Positions 56,188 to 64,000 of a stretch of 64,000 nt of DNA are shown here, piece by piece. Every line of letters starts with the position of its first letter. Positions within the stretch are counted from its first letter, which is position 1. The position numbers and the translations under genes were made by a program. The stretch covers positions 7,059-71,058 of the forward strand of contig CBDUSO010000003.1 in assembly GCA_965370295.1 (NCBI GenBank). The letters run 5' to 3'. The stretch is from an uncultured bacterium (lineage in GTDB: Bacteria; Caldisericota; Caldisericia; JAAYUI01). The notes beneath the pieces are model-generated. The model had not been told where the DNA came from. It saw nothing but the letters and a program-made list of their open reading frames with translations, and did not search any database.

Positions 56188-57345
56188 ATGAGAAAAGACC
56201 TGGATGGAACAATCAGCGTTGTTGATGCCTGGATAAAGGACATCAAGTCTCTTCAAAATGAAATTGCCGAAATTAATTCTGTCTGGATTACCGAACTTGG
56301 AAGTCTTGAAACCGACAAACTCAAAGAGGTTGGCAAGCTGTCGCAGTGGCTTAAGGACAATATCCAGACACTCCCAGCTTCTTCCAAAACAGGAGTAGAA
56401 AAATTCTGGGACAAAGAGAAAAAACTTTTGAAGGCAGAAACTCAAAAACTTGAAAAAAGTATCAAAAAAAATATGTCGGAAAGCTTTGAACTTGAGATTG
56501 AAATAAACAAACATCGCAAAAAAGTTGAGGAAGATAATCCTGAGTTTGATGAGCAGGAAGAAGCTCTGAAATCTAAGATTGAAGAAGTGCTTGCGGATGT
56601 TAAGGATGTTGACAGGGAGTTAGCCAAATATGACAGTTTCAGAGGTTGGTTCAACGGAAAACGAGTCAAAAAACTGAAAACTGAATTTGACAAAAAGATG
56701 AGGAAGCTGAATCGTTTGACCGGCAGGCTTGAGGAGCTTCGAGGTACATGGCACAAGACATTGTCTGACAAGGATAGTTCTGAAAATGAAAAGCAGGATT
56801 TCTGGGCAAAGCTCCAAAATTTTATCACCGAGGATAAATTTGAACTTGGTCATATCGAAGAGCAGTTTGACGACATCACACTTTCAAATGTTGTGCTTGA
56901 AATGTTAGACATTGATACTCCCAATGGTTTTCCCAAGGAGCAAAATGAAAGTTTCAGTAAGGCAAAAAAACTCAAAAGTCGAGTGGAAAGCATAAACAAA
57001 GGCATCAAACGTCTGGCTTCCTTGATTGGAGCAATCAATGGTGTAGGCAAGGGTTTATCTGAAATGAACAAGAGTTTTCATTCTCTCAGGAAAACTCAAC
57101 GAGCACACACCCAACTTCCGAAGTTGTCTATAGAAATCCCGGATAATGTAGTCAAATACAATTCAATCTGGCAGACCCTCGTCCCAAAAGTAAAAAATGA
57201 GAAAAAATTTGTGGACGATCCAACCCACCTTGCTGATGAATTTGACAAGATTGGAAGCAAATATCTAAGCATGGAAAATATCAAAACCATGTTTGATTTG
57301 TTTGGTGGTGCCTTGAAAGAATCAACCGCAGGATGGAGTGCATAA
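56188..57345 (+). CDS. hypothetical coiled-coil protein (same operon)
   Basis: ATG immediately follows the rSAM stop (TAAATG). K/E-rich and predicted largely alpha-helical. Confidence 0.5.
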   Translation: MRKDLDGTISVVDAWIKDIKSLQNEIAEINSVWITELGSLETDKLKEVGKLSQWLKDNIQTLPASSKTGVEKFWDKEKKLLKAETQKLEKSIKKNMSESFELEIEINKHRKKVEEDNPEFDEQEEALKSKIEEVLADVKDVDRELAKYDSFRGWFNGKRVKKLKTEFDKKMRKLNRLTGRLEELRGTWHKTLSDKDSSENEKQDFWAKLQNFITEDKFELGHIEEQFDDITLSNVVLEMLDIDTPNGFPKEQNESFSKAKKLKSRVESINKGIKRLASLIGAINGVGKGLSEMNKSFHSLRKTQRAHTQLPKLSIEIPDNVVKYNSIWQTLVPKVKNEKKFVDDPTHLADEFDKIGSKYLSMENIKTMFDLFGGALKESTAGWSA

Positions 57346-57346
57346 T

Positions 57347-57844
57347 ATGTTTGCAAAAAAAATAATCTATGTTTTGTTGTTTGTTGTTGGGGTTGCCTTG
57401 CTCGGACTTGGCTTGTTGTTTTTGATGGGATCAGGTGGAAGTTCAGCAAGATCGATGACAGGTTTTGTGATGATTGGAATTGGAGTCGCAAGCTTGATTG
57501 GTGGCTCTGGCATGAAAGCAAGCGTTAAAAAGAACATGCCATCGATGATTGATGCTGACATGATGAGGCTTGCATCCCGCTCGGATGGAAGAGTGACTGC
57601 AGACATGGCGGTTGCCGACCTTCACATCACAAAAGCTCGAGCCCTTGAATCGCTTGACCGATTATCATCTAGCGGAACCGCAAGACCAGACATGACAGAC
57701 AACGGCGTTGCCTACATCTTTGACCAGGTAAAACCAAAAAGAAAAATCAGAAAATGCTCATACTGTGGTGCAGAATATCCTGTCTCAAAACCAATCACAA
57801 AATGTGAAAACTGTGGTGGAAAGGTGAAATTGGTAGAGCAATAA
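57347..57844 (+). CDS. membrane protein (2 TM) with C-terminal zinc ribbon (CSYCG…CENCGG)
   Basis: ATG 1 nt after the previous stop. The track ORF starts at GTG 57338. Confidence 0.5.
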   Translation: MFAKKIIYVLLFVVGVALLGLGLLFLMGSGGSSARSMTGFVMIGIGVASLIGGSGMKASVKKNMPSMIDADMMRLASRSDGRVTADMAVADLHITKARALESLDRLSSSGTARPDMTDNGVAYIFDQVKPKRKIRKCSYCGAEYPVSKPITKCENCGGKVKLVEQ

Positions 57845-57883
57845 ATAAGTAGTATGTGATTAGAAATATCTGAGGAGGTTTTG

Positions 57884-59035
57884 ATGAGAGGATTATTGAT
57901 TTGTACGGTGGTTGTGATGTTGGTGTCTACGTTGATTTCATGTGGCGGAGTTGGCGTAAACAGCTACTCGCTTGATGGTATCCAGTTGTCTGCTGGCGGT
58001 AGTAGTGAAGCTGTGTTTGTGGCAAAAGAAAATGATTCATCAGATGAAAAAGCAGAACAGACACAGGCAATTTCTTTTGCTTTGAATAATGCGATAAAGG
58101 ATAGACCAGACCTTGCTTTGATGCTTGAAGCTGACATTGTTGATGATGAAAATAATTTTCTTTTCATGGGTTCAGACCATTTTCTCAAAACCCTACAATC
58201 CTTTGCAGATGAAAACTATCCTAAAGCAAAGAAGATGTTTCTAGAGATGACTTGTGAGGAGTTTTATTACTGCACTGCAGTTGGGTACGAAGTGGCAAAC
58301 TCAAATAATGTAAAAACAACATCTGTTGATGTATATATTGACACTGAGCATAAAAATATAGATATAAACCCATCATTTGAAGATATAATAAATCATGGAT
58401 TCTGGGCTACATACTTTGCCAGAATCCATGATTTATTGATCAATGATATTGGTGTTATATCTGAAGATATTGTGTTAGATAACTCACTTGATATGGAATC
58501 TCATGGTATATCATTTGATTCTACAGCAGATATTATACAATTATCTATTATCAATCTTAGTATGGATTGTTTAATCCATAACACGATACAAAATTTTCCT
58601 GAACTGAAAAAAGATGGTCGTGGTTTGGTAAACCAGTTGATGACCCATAAGATGTTGGATCATCTCCAACTATATGGATTTGAAAAGAAACTTTTTACAA
58701 GTTACAGAAGTCGTTTCTCTGAGATTGGCACACAGACCCACTATATGTTATTACTTATCAAAATAAACACCAATCCAGGCGAGAAACAACTACGAATCGG
58801 AGACATATTTGCTGCGAATGGTGAATATCTTTTCCAACTTAGTAAGGGATATGGTATGCATAAATCTGATGCAGAAGGAATAAATGAATCTATTATGGGC
58901 ATGTTTATAGGTGGGAATGATGTTGTAAAATTAGGACATAGGTGGGACAAATGGTTTCGAGATGAGTATCCAAATCCGAATGATAACAAGTTGTACAAAG
59001 GATTATTACAGAATTTAAGTCTTAAAATCCCATAA
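57884..59035 (+). CDS. lipoprotein, unknown function
   Basis: GAGGAGG RBS upstream. Lipobox LISCGG. 383 aa. Confidence 0.5.
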   Translation: MRGLLICTVVVMLVSTLISCGGVGVNSYSLDGIQLSAGGSSEAVFVAKENDSSDEKAEQTQAISFALNNAIKDRPDLALMLEADIVDDENNFLFMGSDHFLKTLQSFADENYPKAKKMFLEMTCEEFYYCTAVGYEVANSNNVKTTSVDVYIDTEHKNIDINPSFEDIINHGFWATYFARIHDLLINDIGVISEDIVLDNSLDMESHGISFDSTADIIQLSIINLSMDCLIHNTIQNFPELKKDGRGLVNQLMTHKMLDHLQLYGFEKKLFTSYRSRFSEIGTQTHYMLLLIKINTNPGEKQLRIGDIFAANGEYLFQLSKGYGMHKSDAEGINESIMGMFIGGNDVVKLGHRWDKWFRDEYPNPNDNKLYKGLLQNLSLKIP

Positions 59036-59046
59036 CGCTCAGAAAT

Positions 59047-59433
59047 ATGTGTACAACGACAGTCACCCTCCCAGACACCACAACAGTCACATTCACCTAC
59101 TATGCAGATGGTAACCGTGCAACAAAAACAACTGCTACAGAATACATAGAATACCACTACAACGGCTCCCTACTTAAAGAAGTCCATATGGATGCTACCA
59201 ACGTGGTACTCTTCACTGTCCACTATCAGGGATGTAAATATACAATTGACCCAGGGGCAGAGGGTGGTGGAGATGAGGTTGAATACTACCCAATAACAGA
59301 TGTATCAACCTATGCCTACTCACCATTTGGTGAAAAATTCAGCACCGGGGGTTTACATGCCTCTTGGGTATGGAGCTATATCTTGTTATCCTCCCCTCTT
59401 CCCTTGACATTAAAAATAAAGTTCATATTCTAA
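59047..59433 (+). pseudogene. possible RHS/YD-repeat fragment (remnant ORF)
   Basis: …FTYYADGNRATKTTATEYIEYHYNGSLL… resembles YD-repeat units. There is no RBS, and the ORF is only 128 aa. Confidence 0.3.
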
Positions 59434-59460
59434 CCATATACAAATAAACATAGGTGAGAT

Positions 59461-60873
59461 ATGAGACCAGGAATGAAAAAACACAATCCCGAGATGATGG
59501 GAAAAGAATCCATAGGAAAACTTCTCTTCAAGTTTTCATTGCCAGCGACTATAGCTATGTTGGTTCATGCAATTTATAATGTTGTTGACAGGGCGTTCAT
59601 TGGTCAGGTTGCCGGAAAACTTGCATTTAATGGAGTTTATGTTTCGTTCCCGATTATGATGGGTGTGATGGGTATTGGATTTCTATTTGGAATTGGAGGC
59701 TCTGCACTATTTTCAATAAAGCTTGGTGAAGGGGACAAAAAGGGAGCAATGAGACTCCTCGGAAACTCGGCATTCCTTCTGCTTATTACGTCAATAATGA
59801 TAACCTCTCTTGGGATAATATTTGCGGAGCCATTGCTAAGACTCTTTGGTGCAACTCCTGAGAACATGCCGTTTGCGTTAACCTATTTGAGAATAATCTT
59901 TGGTGGAAATATCTTTATGATGGTTGGTATGGGATTGAATAATTTCCTTCGAGCAGAGGGAAGAGCAACCATCGCCATGGCTACAATGATAATCGGTGCT
60001 GTTGCAAATATGATACTCGACTACATCTTCATCGTTTTACTTGGCTGGGGAGTGGCGGGTGCGGCGTGGGCAACTGTGATTGCAAGGGGAATTGGTGCCT
60101 GTTGGGTTATGTACTACTACCTGTCAGGAAGAACATCAATCCCATTGAAAGTATCTATGATGAAGCTGAAATGGAGCGTTATAAAACCGATAATCTCTCT
60201 TGGTTCATCCGCATTTTTTCAACAGATTGCAATGAGTGTGATGATGGGGATCCTCAATTCGACGATAAGAGGTTTGGGTGGCGATTCCGCAATTGCCGTT
60301 ATGGGTACGATATTTTCTATAATGGTTCTTATCCATATGCCGATTATGGGTATTGCTCAGGGTGCACAGCCAATATTTGGTTTCAACTTCGGTGCAAAAA
60401 AATATGCCAGATTGAAGAAGTCTCTCGTTATCTCGGGGTTAGCAGCTTTTGGGTTTGCGTTAATAGGATTTACTGCAGTGCAACTATTTCCAGGCGTACT
60501 CTCAAGAATTTTCATGTCAAACAAAGATGCTCTTGAAGTAATAAAAACAGCAGAGAGGGCAATGCCGATATTCTTGATGATGCTTCCACTGGCAGCCCTG
60601 CAAGTTATTGGTGCTGGATACTTCAGATCGGTTGGAAAGGCATGGCATGCATTGGGTCTTGGACTTTTGAGACAATTTATTATATTTATACCACTGGTCT
60701 TAATTCTTCCAAGAATATACGGGTTGGATGGCGTATGGATTATTGGTCCGATTTCGGATACCATCGCTTTTCTTGTGACAGCCGTGTTCCTTGTGTTTGA
60801 GATTCGGAAACTGAACAATGGAGCCAAGGAAACTGATAAAGATGCTCTTGAGGTAAATCCAGCAAAGGTTTAA
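59461..60873 (+). CDS. MATE family efflux transporter
   Basis: 470 aa with 12 TM segments and an N-terminal MATE motif (…SLPATIAMLVHAIYNVVDRAFIGQ…). Confidence 0.8.
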   Translation: MRPGMKKHNPEMMGKESIGKLLFKFSLPATIAMLVHAIYNVVDRAFIGQVAGKLAFNGVYVSFPIMMGVMGIGFLFGIGGSALFSIKLGEGDKKGAMRLLGNSAFLLLITSIMITSLGIIFAEPLLRLFGATPENMPFALTYLRIIFGGNIFMMVGMGLNNFLRAEGRATIAMATMIIGAVANMILDYIFIVLLGWGVAGAAWATVIARGIGACWVMYYYLSGRTSIPLKVSMMKLKWSVIKPIISLGSSAFFQQIAMSVMMGILNSTIRGLGGDSAIAVMGTIFSIMVLIHMPIMGIAQGAQPIFGFNFGAKKYARLKKSLVISGLAAFGFALIGFTAVQLFPGVLSRIFMSNKDALEVIKTAERAMPIFLMMLPLAALQVIGAGYFRSVGKAWHALGLGLLRQFIIFIPLVLILPRIYGLDGVWIIGPISDTIAFLVTAVFLVFEIRKLNNGAKETDKDALEVNPAKV

Positions 60874-60876
60874 CGT

Positions 60877-61620
60877 TTAGTCGGATAACTTTGCAATCAC
60901 AACCGTGATATTGTCGGTGCCACCTCTTGACAGGGCAAGGTTAACGAGCTGATCGGCACATTTCTGAGGGTCTTTTTTCAGGTCTAGAGTTCGATGGATT
61001 TGTTTGTCGGAGATGTGCTCGGTTAAACCATCTGTGCACAGAAGTATCCACCGAATATCATCAAGTGGAACTCTGAAATAATCTGGTATGATTTCATCTG
61101 AAATACCAACAGCCTTGAGAAGATGGTGTCTGTGTGGATGTTTTTTGGCTTGAAGGGGCGTGATTTCCCCAGCAACAATGAGTTCGTTTGTCCAGGAATG
61201 GTCAACCGTGATTTGCTTTATTTCTGAACTCTTTGTGATGATATATCCTCGACTATCGCCAACAGAGATAAGGTGAAGATCATTGCCTAGAATGATTCCG
61301 ATTACAATCGTTGTACCCATGCCTGCCAATTCTTCGTGGTTGTTTCCGATGAGAATTAAGTTTCGGTTTGCTAGTTTGACCGCTTCGCTTGATAATAATT
61401 TAATATTGTTTGCTGTAAGATTTTGTTGTAATAGATAATCACCAATTGTTTGAAGAGCCTTGACGGATGCCATATCTCCAGCATTCCTGCCACCAACTCC
61501 GTCTGAGACTGCAATAAAATATGGCAAATCTTCATAGTCAGCAGGAATTACTGAGTAGTGATCCTCGTTCTTCTTCTTAACCTTACCTTTGTGTGATCTG
61601 GCTCCAAATTCTATTTTCAT
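60877..61620 (-). CDS. PP2C-family Ser/Thr protein phosphatase
   Basis: …ARSHKGKVKKKNEDHY…AVSDGVGGRNAGDMAS…DGLTEH are PP2C metal-binding motifs. Confidence 0.8.
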   Translation of the reverse strand: MKIEFGARSHKGKVKKKNEDHYSVIPADYEDLPYFIAVSDGVGGRNAGDMASVKALQTIGDYLLQQNLTANNIKLLSSEAVKLANRNLILIGNNHEELAGMGTTIVIGIILGNDLHLISVGDSRGYIITKSSEIKQITVDHSWTNELIVAGEITPLQAKKHPHRHHLLKAVGISDEIIPDYFRVPLDDIRWILLCTDGLTEHISDKQIHRTLDLKKDPQKCADQLVNLALSRGGTDNITVVIAKLSD

Positions 61621-61746
61621 CTTTAAAGTTTATTATGTCAGAGATTTCATTCAAATGCAAGCTGTACTTTCATTTTTTGTTTATGTTTGTATAATGCCTG
61701 TGTGGCAAACAGGACAATCGGCGATAGATTCGAGCTAAAGACAAGA

Positions 61747-64000
61747 ATGACTGACAATGATTCCCTCTGGGAGGCATTTGATGTCGAATCACAATGTATC
61801 GTTCTGATACGGCTTTTGCGTATCACAAAACAGGATATGCGTGGCTGGATTAGACTGGAATCTACGCTGGAAGAAATCAAAAAAATTGATTGCAAGCATA
61901 TTGCTAAAGTGGTTGAATGGGGCGATTGTGCTGAGGGCAAGTATATTGCAATGGAGTGGTTTGATGGTCAGTCGCTATCACAGATCAAACTGGAATTACA
62001 TGATGCCCTCAAGACCCTTTTATCAGTGGCAAAAGCACTCAAAGAACTCACCGATATGGACATTATCCATCCCTTGATATCCGTAGATAATATTTTCATG
62101 TCAGATAACGGTGTAAAGTTGTATGGTTTTGATACACTCCTGTCTCAGAGAACAAAACTTAGACAGATGAAATCCAATGAGATTACCAATATTCTCAACT
62201 GGATTGCTCCTGAGCTTCTCTCTGGTAAGAAACATAGCGTCCTATCAAATTTGTACAGTTTTGGGCTTGTTTGTTTTTTCACGCTAACCGGTGAATTACC
62301 CTTCAAAGATACCAATCCAAACAGTCTTGTTTGGGCAATAAAAAATTCTACCCCTGTCCCGGTTTCAACGATCAATCCAAATGTTCCTGTTTCTCTGGAA
62401 AATATGATAAAGAGACTGCTGAACAAGGTTCCTTCAGCAAGATTTCAAACATTTCATGAGGTCATAAAAAATTTAGAAAAGAGTATCTCAGAACTTGGTA
62501 GTAGCTCATCGATAAGCATTACCACTGGCTTGATGCTCAATCGTGGAAGAATCATTGGAAAACTGAAGGAGCTTGCAAGTATTGAGGGTGAGATCAAGAA
62601 TCCAACAGGGAATACTGTGCTTGTTGAGGGTGATGAGGGGGTAGGGAAAACACGATTCCTTCAGGATGTAATGAGCTTTGCAAGAAATTTTGATATGGTT
62701 ATATTGAATGTTGCCTGTGATGTGTCGCAGAAGGAAAAATCATGGTCAGCTATTTCGTTGTTGGTTTATGAAATTGTTGAAGAATTTGGAATTGGGATCA
62801 TAGGTCGTTCGAGATTTAAGAGAGAATTTTTATCAATTTGCCCCAAGCTAGGGTCTCGAGCAATGCTCACATCTGAACAATCATTCAAGGATTCAAAGCA
62901 ATTAAAGTCCAAATTGGAAATTGCTTTCCCTTGGATATTAGCTGAAATTACCAAAAAAAGAAAAGGTCTAATCGTAATTGATGATATTCAAAATTGTGAT
63001 AATGAATCCCTTGAATTATTTTGTAAATCACTTGAGGCGTTGAAAACACCTGAATTAACGTATCTTTTTTCAGCATCAGGAGAAGACAAATCGAACTCTA
63101 GCAAACTAATTAAACACAATTGTCGTCTGAAAAGAATAATCCTAAAACCATTATCACCAAAGCAAACAATGGAAATGGTTTCCAGCGTTCTTGGCAATAA
63201 AGAAATCCCTCTCCACATTGTTGATATGCTTCACAATAAAACAAAAGGAAACCCATTAAAAATCTTGCAAATTGTTGCAGGACTCATATCTGGTGGGATC
63301 TCATTGCTCCCAGGTACCCAGCTTGTATCGTCTGATAGTCCTTCTGACCTCAAAGGGATTGCTTCAATGAGAATAAAAAATTTAGATTCAAAAACTCTGG
63401 AAATCCTTGCTGAGGCGGCTATTCTTGGTGATTCTTTCAAGGAAGACTTTCTGATAGAGGTATCGTCCCATCCGAGAACAGCTGTTGAAGAAACTTTGGA
63501 TCTAGCTGTAATGTCCATGATACTCTCAATGATAAAAACAGCCAGTGGTTTTAAGTATACTTTCGTTATCAGTGAGCTGAGAGAAACTTTATTAACAAGT
63601 TTTACACCATCGCAGCGGATGCATTTTCATGATAGAGCTGGTAGAATTCTAAAAAAGAAATATGAAGATAGTTTGGATCCATACCTTGAGGATTTGATTA
63701 AACATCTCCTCAACGGGAGTAATAAATCAAGTGCCATCCCCTATCTGTTGACACTCTCCAATAATTCTCTGAGCAATTTTCAGTTGTCAAAGGCTGTGGA
63801 ACTCAGTAGGGTAGCCAAAGATACCGCTGTTAAATCCGGAAATATCAAATATATAGTCGATACCGCAATCCAACTTTCCAACATGACACTGCTTAGTGGT
63901 GATATTGTAGAGGCTCGAGAGATTCTAATGGGTACCCATAGCGCAATGAGTCAAGCTGGAATCAATTTATCTAATGAAGCAAAACTACTTATCAGTATTG
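61747..64000 (+). CDS. degenerate Ser/Thr protein kinase-like (pseudokinase) fused to a STAND/AAA+ NTPase (3' partial; continues beyond window)
   Basis: This ORF has no stop inside the window, so it is absent from the track. It has a kinase-fold sequence (…YIAMEWFDGQSL…WIAPELL…) but R replaces the VAIK lysine, HPL replaces HRD, and GFD replaces DFG. A Walker A GDEGVGKT follows. Start is uncertain between ATG 61747 and an upstream GTG 61702. Confidence 0.6.
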   Translation, partial: MTDNDSLWEAFDVESQCIVLIRLLRITKQDMRGWIRLESTLEEIKKIDCKHIAKVVEWGDCAEGKYIAMEWFDGQSLSQIKLELHDALKTLLSVAKALKELTDMDIIHPLISVDNIFMSDNGVKLYGFDTLLSQRTKLRQMKSNEITNILNWIAPELLSGKKHSVLSNLYSFGLVCFFTLTGELPFKDTNPNSLVWAIKNSTPVPVSTINPNVPVSLENMIKRLLNKVPSARFQTFHEVIKNLEKSISELGSSSSISITTGLMLNRGRIIGKLKELASIEGEIKNPTGNTVLVEGDEGVGKTRFLQDVMSFARNFDMVILNVACDVSQKEKSWSAISLLVYEIVEEFGIGIIGRSRFKREFLSICPKLGSRAMLTSEQSFKDSKQLKSKLEIAFPWILAEITKKRKGLIVIDDIQNCDNESLELFCKSLEALKTPELTYLFSASGEDKSNSSKLIKHNCRLKRIILKPLSPKQTMEMVSSVLGNKEIPLHIVDMLHNKTKGNPLKILQIVAGLISGGISLLPGTQLVSSDSPSDLKGIASMRIKNLDSKTLEILAEAAILGDSFKEDFLIEVSSHPRTAVEETLDLAVMSMILSMIKTASGFKYTFVISELRETLLTSFTPSQRMHFHDRAGRILKKKYEDSLDPYLEDLIKHLLNGSNKSSAIPYLLTLSNNSLSNFQLSKAVELSRVAKDTAVKSGNIKYIVDTAIQLSNMTLLSGDIVEAREILMGTHSAMSQAGINLSNEAKLLISI

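Overview
This 64 kb window comes from a low-GC (~40%) anaerobic bacterium. The left 14 kb is a conserved ribosomal 'spc/alpha' operon segment on the + strand: rplF(partial)-rplR-rpsE-rplO-secY-adk-map-infA-rpmJ-rpsM-rpsK-rpsD-rpoA-rplQ-ecfA1-ecfA2-ecfT-truA. After two hypothetical genes and rpmB(-) it continues with rplM-rpsI. No L30 gene lies between rpsE and rplO. The rpoA product is about 200 aa longer than usual and carries three tandem alpha-CTD-like modules. The middle of the window holds housekeeping genes (acyP, nusB, efp, clpC, gltX, tadA, a yhaM-like HD exonuclease, the 4-subunit pyruvate:ferredoxin oxidoreductase porGDAB, and gcvH-gcvPA-gcvPB plus two extra GcvH paralogs). These are interleaved with large secreted or surface proteins that carry Cu-amine-oxidase-N-like wall-binding modules, four tRNA genes, and AT-rich accessory islets adjacent to tRNA genes. 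Two loci stand out as candidate novel systems. (1) At 52.1-59.0 kb a translationally coupled operon encodes a 900-aa single-pass membrane protein whose cytoplasmic C-terminus ends in about 12 tandem AC(V)HS Cys/His repeats, written in perfect 12-nt DNA repeats. It is immediately followed by a radical-SAM/SPASM enzyme with an N-terminal PqqD-like RRE domain, then a coiled-coil protein, a zinc-ribbon membrane protein and a lipoprotein. This looks like an undescribed RiPP-like rSAM maturation system acting on the tail of a full-size membrane protein. (2) At 37.1-38.4 kb an AT-rich gene encodes a protein with an unknown N-terminal domain and a C-terminal TIR domain. It has its own near-consensus promoter and is flanked by a MITE-like element with 15-bp terminal inverted repeats plus a truncated second copy. 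It sits between palindromic 'gcggaatgac' repeats and tRNA-Cys, consistent with a mobile antiphage or NADase-type defence gene. Other notable items are five tandem paralogous membrane-protein genes between tRNA-Cys and tRNA-Leu, a secreted protein built of ~22-aa G(D/N)DxY repeats, and a degenerate (pseudo)kinase-STAND ATPase gene divergent from a PP2C phosphatase.
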